Positions 37,940-48,254 of a DNA stretch of 64,000 nt are shown here, in pieces. The stretch covers positions 62,001-126,000 of the forward strand of contig CBFFRP010000277.1 in NCBI GenBank assembly GCA_965644295.1. The letters run 5' to 3'. The notes beneath the pieces are model-generated. The model saw only the letters and a list, made by a program, of their open reading frames with translations, was not told where the DNA came from and made no database searches. Position 1 is the stretch's first letter. The number at the start of each line of letters is the position of its first letter. This stretch comes from Paraphysomonas bandaiensis. Its lineage: Eukaryota; Protista; Chrysophyceae. Position numbers and translations under genes: made by a program.

Positions 37940-39283
37940 ATGGGTATAGAGTTTCGTGGAAGCTATTACAAACGTGATGTATCATTGGGAAAGAGAACTG
38001 TGAAAGATGGAGAGGCTGTGGCTGTATGGAATCGTCTTGGCGTCCACAGGCAAGTGATTGGGCCGGCCCTAGTGAGGTTATTTTTCTCTACAATAAATTT
38101 TCTAGACAAGCGTATTGCTGGGCCCAACGAGTATTTAGTTGTAGTATCTGTTGATGGGAGTGTTCAACACCTCAGAGGACCAGTAACATTGTTTGAGAAT
38201 CCGGTCTTTCATCGCAGTGTTGCAGTAAAATCGGCTTATTCCCTTGTTTCTGCAGCACAGTATCTTGTAGTCAACAGAGAAGTGCGTGAATCAATGACAT
38301 CTAAAACAGGAGCGATCGTTGAGCGCGAAAGAATTGAGCGTGTATTAATTCAAGGTCCCAATCTGTATTTTCCTTCGGTTGGGGAAACTGTTGTAGACTT
38401 TGTATGGCACGGACACTCTTCTCAATCTGATTTCACTATATCTCCAGCAGTTGACAAGTTTTCAATTCTTGTTACGTCCTCCAGACAGTGGAAAGTGGAT
38501 GCTCCTTTCCGTGTCCCTACGTCCAGTAAGCTCCGAGGAACAGTTCAGTTGTCGTTCCGTTTTTGCATTGTAGATGTAAACAGAATGCTTGACAACTCCT
38601 CTGACGTAATTGGAGATCTATATGATGCTGTAACAGTTGACTTGGCTAATATTGGATCGCGAATGGGTACGCAGTCTGACAAGCGCGAAGGGCCAATTAC
38701 CACTGTAGACCCTTCGCTTTTCACTGATCTCGAGGTCTTTGTGAACGTTTTGTCGCGTGCTTCAGCAATTGGTGTACTTGTAGATGCAGTATCATACCGT
38801 GGGTTTGAAGCCAGCAAAGAATTAAAAGCTTACCTTACGGAAATGAGTGATGTTCAGTCTCGAATTACTCGTGACAGACTACTGGCTGAGCAAGAGGCAC
38901 AACGTATAGAGGCGGACTTGTCATCACGACGTGATAGGCTTGAACAGGAACAAAGCCTGCAGCAAGCTCAACTTGCTGCCCGCCGACAAAGTCTAGAAGC
39001 TGAGCAAGAGTATGCTGAAGCTGAGATGCGACACAAACTGGCTCAAGAGGAAGTTCGCTTGGAGGCCGAAATGGGAAGAATGCGTCAAACAAACGATGAA
39101 GCCCTGCGTGTTCTAGGAGGATTACAGACTCTGGGGGTAGACTTAACTACTTTGCTTTCAGCTCGTTCATCAAGTAGTGGTACTTCTCCAAGTCATGGAT
39201 TGTCATCAGTTGCCCGAGTGCCTGCAATTATGGAATTATTTGCTAGAGAAGCAGTTCCGAATAACATAGCGGACAAGTTGTAA
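37940..39283 (+). CDS. Short major-vault-protein-like / SPFH-domain protein with C-terminal coiled coil
   Basis: Three repeats of E/Q-YLVV....G....GP...F.P pattern, a central beta-rich band-7/shoulder-like region ending IGVLVDAVSYRGF, then an E/Q/A/R-rich coiled coil and LGVDLTTLL. Confidence 0.6.
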   Translation: MGIEFRGSYYKRDVSLGKRTVKDGEAVAVWNRLGVHRQVIGPALVRLFFSTINFLDKRIAGPNEYLVVVSVDGSVQHLRGPVTLFENPVFHRSVAVKSAYSLVSAAQYLVVNREVRESMTSKTGAIVERERIERVLIQGPNLYFPSVGETVVDFVWHGHSSQSDFTISPAVDKFSILVTSSRQWKVDAPFRVPTSSKLRGTVQLSFRFCIVDVNRMLDNSSDVIGDLYDAVTVDLANIGSRMGTQSDKREGPITTVDPSLFTDLEVFVNVLSRASAIGVLVDAVSYRGFEASKELKAYLTEMSDVQSRITRDRLLAEQEAQRIEADLSSRRDRLEQEQSLQQAQLAARRQSLEAEQEYAEAEMRHKLAQEEVRLEAEMGRMRQTNDEALRVLGGLQTLGVDLTTLLSARSSSSGTSPSHGLSSVARVPAIMELFAREAVPNNIADKL

Positions 39284-39687
39284 ATACTATTTTTCAGTAG
39301 TAAGTTGTGATGCGTTATACCACAGTGTTCGAGAACGAAATATAGGTATTAGGAAACTTGTAAATTCAGTAATGTATAAACATTGTGGAGTTTTGACTAG
39401 GTGCACCTTTACTTCAATACAGATTAATATTAAACATAAATGCTAATGCAGCGATGTAACTCGGAAGTGTTTAGCAGTACTTATATACTTACACTGCTCT
39501 TTACGAATATTCACAAAGGTATATCGAAATATTTGTACTAAAAATATGAGCCACTCTTAAATAAATGACTATTAGAGCTAGAAAAAGGGTACTACCACAA
39601 ATGCGTTGTACGCACAGTCATTATCAAGTCAAATTTTACAGCATACAACTCTTTCTTATTTAAATAGCACTCAAGAAAACAATATAT

Positions 39688-40152
39688 TCACTGCACATGC
39701 TTCAAAAATCGCGGCCTTCGCCACACTGACCTGCCGCCACGCAGCCGTAATACTAGATGAAGCGTTGAGTCCTCATCAATATCATAATCCGATACAGATT
39801 TCATCGCCTCCAGTTGTTTTCCACCATATATCAACCTTTGCTGTCCAGGGGGAATTCCTATAAAAAATTACATCGCATGGTATAGTTGCATGTAAACATT
39901 ACCTTCTTTTTTCTCAATCTTCGATTTTAGACTATCTATTGACTCATCGGGTTCTACCTCTACTGTGACCGTACTCCCACTCAATGTTTTGACAAACACT
40001 TGCATCCCACCTCGAATAGAAAGTGCTCTGTTCATATGTAAGCCATGAATCACAGGAATCATGCCCATGTGTCCATTGGAAAGAGAACACACCATATGTG
40101 TTAACTGCAGGAAGAAAACAAGGAATATGTTGAAACTATACATACAGCGCAT
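39688..40152 (-). CDS. Signal-peptide-bearing ubiquitin (SELMA symbiont-type ubiquitin / PUBL-like), two exons
   Basis: Hydrophobic leader, spacer ending LSIRGG, then [19 protein letters not shown]...EG|[16 protein letters not shown]...[12 protein letters not shown] plus a 14-aa tail; GT-AG intron ~39858-39902. Confidence 0.85.
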
Positions 40153-40664
40153 GATGGTGTCTGAATAAAATAGTAATGTAGCCTCTTCTTTAAATTATAT
40201 CTCGTCTATTATTCTTCTAGCTTCACTTAACCTATGCACACAGTTAACCTGAATCCCACCTCATATATATATAATAATGCCAGTGGCACTGTTTAATAAT
40301 GATTCTTAGTGCAGGTGTGTGTGTGGGTATGGTGGGACTATATGTACAGTACTGCTGTATACTTCTCCTCTACTGCTGTACACTACAGAGCAGACAGTGG
40401 AAAGTGTTCTTTCCGTTAACGGGTATTCAGTAGCCTGTATTTTAGAACAAGTACGTAAATATGATGATCTACAGCAGTATGTTGGATATATGCGTATGGT
40501 CATATGGTACATAGATACGTAGAGCAGTACAGGGATATGACAGAACAGAGCAGAAGAGTCCTCTGGAGCCCTACACACTCGAACCGAACACCATGCCGCA
40601 CATCCACCTCACACACACAAAGATAATACATTCCCCTTAACAGGGCGGTGACGCCTACACTCTA

Positions 40665-42107
40665 ATGTTCCGTGTAGTGAGTTATAACATATTCGCCCGC
40701 AGTCTGGGATCGAACTGTATCCCATGGGCTATAAGCGTATCGGGTGAGTGGAGGGAACGAGTGGAGTCGAGAGTCATGCAAACATGGAACGATTGGGTTA
40801 AAACGACTCTCAGCCCGGAATATAAGGCACACTTTCATAAGAATTATTGCAGCGGCAGTAAAGATGCGATGAGACTTCTGTGGAGCAAAAGTATCACATC
40901 GCCGGATGATATTCCACATCAGCTGACAGGCGTGTCGTTTGTTGCTCCCAATAGTGTCGAATATAAAAAGTTGAATAAATCGACCGGAGGGTATGACAAT
41001 GTGATTGCCACGACTCTTCATGGTATGCTCACTAAGCATATCCCCGACATAAGCAATGATCTGTACCAGCACATCATTGATAAGGATCAGTACTTCCGAT
41101 GGGAAACACGTGGTCCCAAAATATTTAGCGTAGTCACCTCCTATGACGAGGATATGAATTGCGCACCAGATATTGTTGCACTGTCTGAGTACGACGTGCA
41201 TGACGCCCCAGCCACTGTGTATACCCCGGGTCATAAAGAGGAACGATTTCCTGAGGCGATGGCACGGGCAGGATACGCTGGCGGACTCTTTAGTGCCCCT
41301 AAAATTAGTGACTGCAATGGAATTGGCGTGTTTTGGCGACGCGATGTGTTTTCGCTTGCTGGGGATTGTTCACGGAATGAGGAAAATATAGTTTTGCTGC
41401 CCGGAGATCGTCGTGCGGGAGCGATAAATGTAGACCTACACGAGCATTGGCATCGCCTGTATGCTGGTCAGTGTTCGGGAAAGTTAGAGGAGATGCCTGA
41501 GCAGGACCGTCGAAACGCAGGTGCTGTGCGACTTGTACACAATCCGTCGGGGCGGGAAGTGCTAGTCGTATTTGCTCACCTGATGACGGAGAGCCGCGAC
41601 TGTGCCGCGACCAATGAGTATGTAGGTGAGGTTCGTGCTGGAGAACTTCACAATATCAGTAAATTAGTTGCGGAGCATCTTACAGAGTATCCTCATACAC
41701 GCGCTGCCTTGCTTGTTGGGGACTTCAACATTGATGTGAGAGAACGGGAGATGCTCTGTGGGCGTCTCCGCTCGCATCTCACACAAAAGAGTATGACTGT
41801 ATCTACTGGGTTTGATGACTCTTATGATCCGTTAAATCCTTCCATCGTATATGCTGGTAAGGAACGGGTGCTGCGCCTACAGGAAGCCTTCACTTCGTTA
41901 CACCAGTGGGGGGCTGGTATTGGATATGATAAGTACTGTACCTCCTTTACTTCCAATCGGTGCAAGTGGATAGATATGATATGGCACACACCAGACACCC
42001 TGAGAGTCGAGAAACTCAGCGATATGCGGTGTCCTGAAAGTTTCATTCCTAACCAACAGCATGGGAGTGACCATCTCCCACTCTCTGCGGTATTTCGATT
42101 CCTCTGA
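40665..42107 (+). CDS. Endonuclease/exonuclease/phosphatase family protein (CCR4/nocturnin/Angel-like)
   Basis: SYNI, PDIVALSEYD, AHL, GDFN, IDMIW and GSDHLP motifs; intronless 480 aa. Confidence 0.88.
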   Translation: MFRVVSYNIFARSLGSNCIPWAISVSGEWRERVESRVMQTWNDWVKTTLSPEYKAHFHKNYCSGSKDAMRLLWSKSITSPDDIPHQLTGVSFVAPNSVEYKKLNKSTGGYDNVIATTLHGMLTKHIPDISNDLYQHIIDKDQYFRWETRGPKIFSVVTSYDEDMNCAPDIVALSEYDVHDAPATVYTPGHKEERFPEAMARAGYAGGLFSAPKISDCNGIGVFWRRDVFSLAGDCSRNEENIVLLPGDRRAGAINVDLHEHWHRLYAGQCSGKLEEMPEQDRRNAGAVRLVHNPSGREVLVVFAHLMTESRDCAATNEYVGEVRAGELHNISKLVAEHLTEYPHTRAALLVGDFNIDVREREMLCGRLRSHLTQKSMTVSTGFDDSYDPLNPSIVYAGKERVLRLQEAFTSLHQWGAGIGYDKYCTSFTSNRCKWIDMIWHTPDTLRVEKLSDMRCPESFIPNQQHGSDHLPLSAVFRFL

Positions 42108-42695
42108 AACCCCTCATTAGAATCAGAGTGTGGGAGTGGTCGAGAATGGAGGCATTTCCGATTGAAGTCAATCAGTTGCGTCGCAAAAAGGCACAGTTGG
42201 TAATTTCTATCTACATTCAAGAAATGTTAGGTAGTGACCGATGTATATTGTAGTAATGGCCAGAACATACTTTTGGAGTTTTTCCTTTTCTCTATATGTT
42301 ATATTAATGCAAGATGTAAATTTGTATTTACCTTAATCTTGAAAGGCAAGCAATGTGCCATAAGATATTTACAATAAATCAAATATCATTTTGAATGACA
42401 TATCAAATAGTTGGAATATTCTATAACATGATATTCTACCGTACTTTTATTGTAACTACGTAACTACTGTACTAATTGACTGCAACCTATAACGCACGAT
42501 TACTTTACCTATTGAATTGGAATAAACAATTGAGTTATTGATATTGGGACAAAATATATCTCATTATATAGTGTCTATTGTCTATCAGAAACATCCTCAG
42601 TGCTCAACCCGGAACGGTAGCATCATGTGCTAGCAATAAACAGTTTCTTGATATATTTTATAAAATAAACAATATATTTTATTGCTAGCACATGA

Positions 42696-45600
42696 TGTTG
42701 AGTTTTGCTGTTTGTGAGCAATTAAAAGCTGTAGTTTCCAAGATATTAGAATTATATCCGTTACTCAAAGAATACAGTAGTAGCTAGCTGTAGTATGAGA
42801 ACCAATAATATGATAGCCATTGTAGTGATAAAACTGAAATATACTGACTGTACAAGATAGTGACGATGTAAGATCGTACTAGAAATGGTTGGTGTAGTAG
42901 AGATAGAAAGAGTTGGTGAACGTCAATGAATGAAGTATGGTATCTCTCATAATTAAATAATATTCCATATAAGTGTTAACGAAGGTCTTATTACTAAAAA
43001 TGTCTATTTCTAACATGGTAGCAGACAGTAGTTCGGAGTGGAAACTTCTTCCTAAATTTGATCAGTTCGGTGTAGTGAATTGGTCAAAGAATCTGAAAGT
43101 GTGGTTGATGAGGAAGAACAGGAACCATCTGGGTCTAGAGGACCGTCCAGTAAGACCAGCAAATAATGCGCCAGTGACAGTCCGAAATAAGTACAAGGAG
43201 GATCTGGACAAGTGGCTGGAGAGGAAAGACACGTGCATCAGTTCGATATTTGAAGCTGTTCAACCAGTCGCTGAAGCCCTTGAGATCGTGGATCAGTACT
43301 TCCGGGAAAAGGATATGCTCCCGCAGGACCATCCTGATAAAGAGCAGTTAGCGAGTGAACTCATCTCTAGGTTAATTGTTCGGTTTCGAGGGGAAATCCA
43401 ATATGAATTAGTTGAATTGAATAAGAAGTTTGCAGGATTCAAAATTCTACCGGGGGAACTCGTGTGCGCAGCAATCGATCGACTAAACGGCATCTGTCAA
43501 AAAATGTCCGAGTTGGGGGAACCACCCACTGACATCGCTAAAAAAACGAAGTTACAGACTGCCCTCGAAACACGAAGCGATTTGGAGCAACTGTACACCA
43601 ATCTCTACCTACAAGGTGACATAACCTTTATTGATATGATCACCATATGCAGGAGATACGATCAGGCAAAAGGTGTCCCGAAAGAAGGCACCGACGAAGT
43701 AAACATGAATTCCACTGCTGATGAAAATGAGGTATGCAGCTATCCCAAATGTGGCAAACGGGGCCACTCACAGAAATCGTGCTGGAAGAAGAAGAGAGAT
43801 CTTAAGATTGCGAAATTAAGAAGGCAGGGAAAGAGTCGAGTCGCTAGGAATCGTTCTGAGAGTCGCAGAGACAACAACGAGAAGAAAAAATCAGATGGCT
43901 GTTATGTATGTGGAGACACCAGACATCGTGCGTATAAGTGCAAATTTCGTGCTCAAGTACGTAGTGACTCTGCCCAAGGAGACAAAAACCGGCCATTTTT
44001 GGACGAAAAGCCTGCAAAACGCACAGATTGGAATCGTTTTTTGCGGAGAGAGGAGCAAGAGGAAGATTCGGACTCTGTGAATATGATTATGTATGAGGAA
44101 CCGCATGATGATTCATGTGTCTCTGAAGAGGTGCTACACACTTCCGATGAACCCGTGTATTTAGACAGCTGTGCCTCTAATAAACTGTTCATTGTTAAGG
44201 ACAGAAATTTCCTTCATACGGTCAAGAAGGAGGATGGAGAGATACAGACAACCAGAGCTGGATCCAGTTTACACTATGAGGAAACTGGAGGCTTTGGTGA
44301 TTGGACTGATATCAAGATCTGCCCTGGATCAGTCAAGAATATCTGCTCTGGAGGAATACTCCGTTCTCACGGGTATGGATTGCAGTTGTTGAACAACCCC
44401 ACTGTTGTGCGACTTGATACTGGGGAGACTGTATTGGAGGCAACCTACTCAAGCAACGGAATGCCTTATGTAAACTTACAGGAAATACTTGATCTTCCAA
44501 ATTTGACAATGCTGGAGGAAGTATATTTGTCCGACAAGGTGCATGAAGATCCGTTAGAGATGTTACACAAGCGCTGTGGACACGTCAGCAAACATAAGCT
44601 GATTGAAGCGTTTAAACACAGACTTTTTACCGGGAGCGGATTAACCCGACGACATCTCAGCAAGAAGAGTTTACGAAAAATGAAAGGTATTTGTAAAGCT
44701 TGCGCAAAATCAAAGATGACAAGGAAATCATTCACCGCAAAGAGAGATGACGAACTGCAAGCTACAGAGTTCCTTGAGAAGGTTTCTGTGGACATTGCTG
44801 TATATTTCAATTGCCCATCCAGACAAGGATATAAATATGTTCTGACATTATCAGATATAGCCACCAAGGAGTTTTGGGAATATCCGTTGGAGACACGGTC
44901 TGCGAATGAGGTGTTGAGTTGCGTGAAGGACTGGGTTGAGCGTAAACTCCCTACATATCCCGGTTCACACCGGTTGATACAGTACCATTCGGATGGGGGG
45001 GCTGAGTTGATCGACAAGTCCATTCAGCAATACTTAATGAGCAAGTTTGGAACTAGCATCACTTGGAGCTCCACAGACAGCCCTGAGATGAATGGTGTAT
45101 CTGAGCGTAGGAATCGAACATTGGGAGAAATGACTCTGGCTCTGTTAATGGACTCAGGATTACCCGTAATTTTTTGGTGGGATGCTTATGTATATGCATG
45201 CATGATCGTTCGACGAATGCCTACACGTACATATCGAGGTTGGATGTCTCCAATGGAGTGCGTCCCAGGAGGTTCAGTCCCTGACTTATCGAGATTTCGA
45301 CGCTGGGGGTGCAAGGCTTATGTGCTTATTCCCAAAGGTGATCGTCGAAAGGACTGGCAGGAGAAGTCGCAGACTGGGTATTTCATAGGTCTATCCAATA
45401 CGAAAAAGGGATCCCGTGTGTGGCTTGGTGACAAAGAAGTCGTATCAGTACATGTTCTGTATGATGAAAGTATACCTCCAAGAGATAAGGAGTACTATGC
45501 AGAGCTTGAAGAGGCCTTAGTCAAAACTGACCCATTAGATCGATCAGTTGAAGAGTTTAAACATCTGATTGGTTCGTATCATGTGGACGACGGGTTTCTC

Positions 45601-48210
45601 TTCAAGACTACGAGAGTTGTGGTGCGAAAAGGACTAATTGTGGCGTTTAGGGCGCTAGTAACTGCTGGGAAAGAGCAGATAGAAGAAAAAGTCCCTATTC
45701 ACGTACGTGACATTGCCGAGTTGACTGGTGACTATAACCGCAGGCTGTACTCAAAACCTGGTTCTTGTGACGACAAGAGAGGTGGATCGTCATCTACGCC
45801 GGCTTCGGGTGACACGCCCAATAAGTCTACGGCGGATGAGATTCCAGGGAAGAGAATGTCCCTTCGTACTTTGCCGGAGAGTAGTGCGGGTGCTGTACCG
45901 AGTGGGGTCAGCGCGAATCGTGTCTTTGAGAATGTACCTTCTTGTGTGCCAAGTGAGAATAGTGGTACTGTACATGCTGAGTCAAGGGAGACCAGTGGTA
46001 AACGTACGCGAACTCGAAGGGTGTTGACTAATGTGTCCACCCTGGGTGAGGTAAACCTTCTCCATGACGAGGAGATTGTTAACTTGTGTGATGAGAGTGA
46101 TTGCGCACTTATGTCTAACTCGTCTACTTATAGAGAGCCTGAGACGTATGAAGAGTCATTGACATGTCCTGAAGCTTCAAATTGGAAGGAAGCTAGACGA
46201 TTAGAACGGAATGCATTATTCAAGCGGGAAGTGTTTAATGTCGTTGAGACGCCACCTGGTGTTAGACCTCTAAAGTCCAGATATGTGTTCAAACGAAAAT
46301 ACAATAAAGATGGATCAATAAAAAAGCATAAAGCTCGTCTGGTCGCTCTGGGATATGGTCAAAGGACAGGTATAGACGTCGAAAATACATTTGCTCCTGT
46401 GGTGAAATCGATTACGGTTAGACTAATCATTGCCCTTGCTTTCATGTTTAGTATGCACATCCATCAACTTGACGTGTCGAATGCATTCTGTTATGCTAAA
46501 ATCGAAGGAGACGTGTACATGGACCCTCCTCCCGATTTTCAGTTGCCACCAGGACACTGTTTCAAACTATATCGCTCACTATATGGCCTTCGGAGTTCTC
46601 CACGTTCATGGTGGAAGACCATACATGGATTTATAAAGTCTTTGGGATTCAAACCCTGCATTTTAGAACCATGTCTATATCATATGATGTACAAAGGTCA
46701 TCGTGTGTACTTAACCATATACGTTGATGATATAGTAATTGCTTGTGCGGATCTGACTATTTTGACAGAAATCAAGAAACGGTTTTGTGAAAGATTTGAC
46801 ATGTCAGACATGGGAGAATTAGAGCATTTTCTCAACGTTCGAGTTACAAGGACCAAGAATTATATTCAACTTGACCAATCGACATACGCTGAAAAAATTC
46901 TCACCAAATATGCAGCATTCCTTGGACCTTCAAACAAAGTTCGCAAATCCCCACTACCTGTAGATGCCATGGACAGGATTAATTGCACTGATAGTGAGAA
47001 CTCATCTCAGGAGGAAGAGGGAGTCGACAATTATCCCTATCGTAGCTTACTAGGTGCCATGCTATATCTATCAATGAATACGCGTCCAGATATTGCGTAT
47101 GCTGTTGGCCTATTGTCGCGATATGCTTCGAAACCTACAAAGGCTACATGCAAGTTGATGACTTATTTGTTACAATACATCAGGGGTACTGTGCGGAAAG
47201 GTATTCGGTTCAGTGGTAAGAGCTTTGACATGCATATTTTCACAGATGCTGACTGGGCAGGCGATACTGTGTCACGAAGGTCGACAACTGGATACATTGT
47301 GTTTGCAGCAGGTGGACCACTCACCTGGCAATCAATCTTACAAGTTACTGTGTCTACGTCTTCAATGCAGAGTGAGTACCAAGCTATGTACGCTGGCATG
47401 CAAGAACTGGTGTGGCTTCGGGGGGTGTTGGCCGAATTGGGACTTCGACTGTACGAACCCACTCCATTCTTTCTAGATAGCCAGAGTGCTCGTGATCTAG
47501 CATTAAATCCAGTGTTCCACAAAAGATCAAAACACATTGAAATCAAATACCACTGGGTGCGTGAACATGTAGATCCAGAAGGACGTTTTAACACTGCGAT
47601 ATTGTATCACGTTGGAACTGATAACCAGACTGCAGACATATTTACGAAATCTTTGTGTGGCGTTATATACGAGAAGCATAGAAAGAGATGTCTAGGAGAA
47701 GATCAGAAGTCATCTGTGGATGTCATTAGAGAGAATTCATACAAACGAAACAGAGGCTCATAAACGTGTTGTCTACGGAGAGGCTAGCTGAAACGTCGGA
47801 GCCATACGTCCACCGGTTTGTCCTATACGGTTTTGGTGGTTGCGTATCCGTCAGTTATGCCATGTGTTACAGCTTTGAATTGAGAGGGAGTGTTGAGTTT
47901 TGCTGTTTGTGAGCAATTAAAAGCTGTAGTTTCCAAGATATTAGAATTATATCCGTTACTCAAAGAATACAGTAGTAGCTAGCTGTAGTATGAGAACCAA
48001 TAATATGATAGCCATTGTAGTGATAAAACTGAAATATACTGACTGTACAAGATAGTGACGATGTAAGATCGTACTAGAAATGGTTGGTGTAGTAGAGATA
48101 GAAAGAGTTGGTGAACGTCAATGAATGAAGTATGGTATCTCTCATAATTAAATAATATTCCATATAAGTGTTAACGAAGGTCTTATTACTAAAAATGTCT
48201 ATTTCTAACA
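42696..48210 (+). mobile_element. Full-length Ty1/Copia LTR retrotransposon
   Basis: Identical 320-bp LTRs 42696-43015 and 47891-48210 (TG...CA); TSD CATGA; PBS TGGTAGCAGA at 43016; PPT GAGAGGGAG at 47882-47890. Confidence 0.98.
43015..47763 (+). CDS. Copia gag-pol polyprotein (gag, two zinc knuckles, protease, integrase, RT, RNase H)
   Basis: Single open frame; CX4CX4HX4C and CX2CX4HX4C; LDSCASN; HKRCGH...CKAC; SDGGAE...NGVSER; KARLVA, LDVSNAF, SLYGL, YVDD; TDADWAG, KHIEIKYH. Start could be the ATG at 43000 or 43015. Confidence 0.97.
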   Translation: MVADSSSEWKLLPKFDQFGVVNWSKNLKVWLMRKNRNHLGLEDRPVRPANNAPVTVRNKYKEDLDKWLERKDTCISSIFEAVQPVAEALEIVDQYFREKDMLPQDHPDKEQLASELISRLIVRFRGEIQYELVELNKKFAGFKILPGELVCAAIDRLNGICQKMSELGEPPTDIAKKTKLQTALETRSDLEQLYTNLYLQGDITFIDMITICRRYDQAKGVPKEGTDEVNMNSTADENEVCSYPKCGKRGHSQKSCWKKKRDLKIAKLRRQGKSRVARNRSESRRDNNEKKKSDGCYVCGDTRHRAYKCKFRAQVRSDSAQGDKNRPFLDEKPAKRTDWNRFLRREEQEEDSDSVNMIMYEEPHDDSCVSEEVLHTSDEPVYLDSCASNKLFIVKDRNFLHTVKKEDGEIQTTRAGSSLHYEETGGFGDWTDIKICPGSVKNICSGGILRSHGYGLQLLNNPTVVRLDTGETVLEATYSSNGMPYVNLQEILDLPNLTMLEEVYLSDKVHEDPLEMLHKRCGHVSKHKLIEAFKHRLFTGSGLTRRHLSKKSLRKMKGICKACAKSKMTRKSFTAKRDDELQATEFLEKVSVDIAVYFNCPSRQGYKYVLTLSDIATKEFWEYPLETRSANEVLSCVKDWVERKLPTYPGSHRLIQYHSDGGAELIDKSIQQYLMSKFGTSITWSSTDSPEMNGVSERRNRTLGEMTLALLMDSGLPVIFWWDAYVYACMIVRRMPTRTYRGWMSPMECVPGGSVPDLSRFRRWGCKAYVLIPKGDRRKDWQEKSQTGYFIGLSNTKKGSRVWLGDKEVVSVHVLYDESIPPRDKEYYAELEEALVKTDPLDRSVEEFKHLIGSYHVDDGFLFKTTRVVVRKGLIVAFRALVTAGKEQIEEKVPIHVRDIAELTGDYNRRLYSKPGSCDDKRGGSSSTPASGDTPNKSTADEIPGKRMSLRTLPESSAGAVPSGVSANRVFENVPSCVPSENSGTVHAESRETSGKRTRTRRVLTNVSTLGEVNLLHDEEIVNLCDESDCALMSNSSTYREPETYEESLTCPEASNWKEARRLERNALFKREVFNVVETPPGVRPLKSRYVFKRKYNKDGSIKKHKARLVALGYGQRTGIDVENTFAPVVKSITVRLIIALAFMFSMHIHQLDVSNAFCYAKIEGDVYMDPPPDFQLPPGHCFKLYRSLYGLRSSPRSWWKTIHGFIKSLGFKPCILEPCLYHMMYKGHRVYLTIYVDDIVIACADLTILTEIKKRFCERFDMSDMGELEHFLNVRVTRTKNYIQLDQSTYAEKILTKYAAFLGPSNKVRKSPLPVDAMDRINCTDSENSSQEEEGVDNYPYRSLLGAMLYLSMNTRPDIAYAVGLLSRYASKPTKATCKLMTYLLQYIRGTVRKGIRFSGKSFDMHIFTDADWAGDTVSRRSTTGYIVFAAGGPLTWQSILQVTVSTSSMQSEYQAMYAGMQELVWLRGVLAELGLRLYEPTPFFLDSQSARDLALNPVFHKRSKHIEIKYHWVREHVDPEGRFNTAILYHVGTDNQTADIFTKSLCGVIYEKHRKRCLGEDQKSSVDVIRENSYKRNRGS

Positions 48211-48254
48211 CATGATGCTACCGTTCCGGGTTGAGCACTGAGGATCACCCTTTA

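Larger units (their letters stand above)
42593..48245. repeat. Perfect 48-bp inverted repeat (37-nt loop) whose right arm is split by the Copia insertion
   Basis: Left arm 42593-42640; right arm 42678-42695 plus 48216-48245; 48/48 complementary once the element and one TSD copy are removed. Confidence 0.95.
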
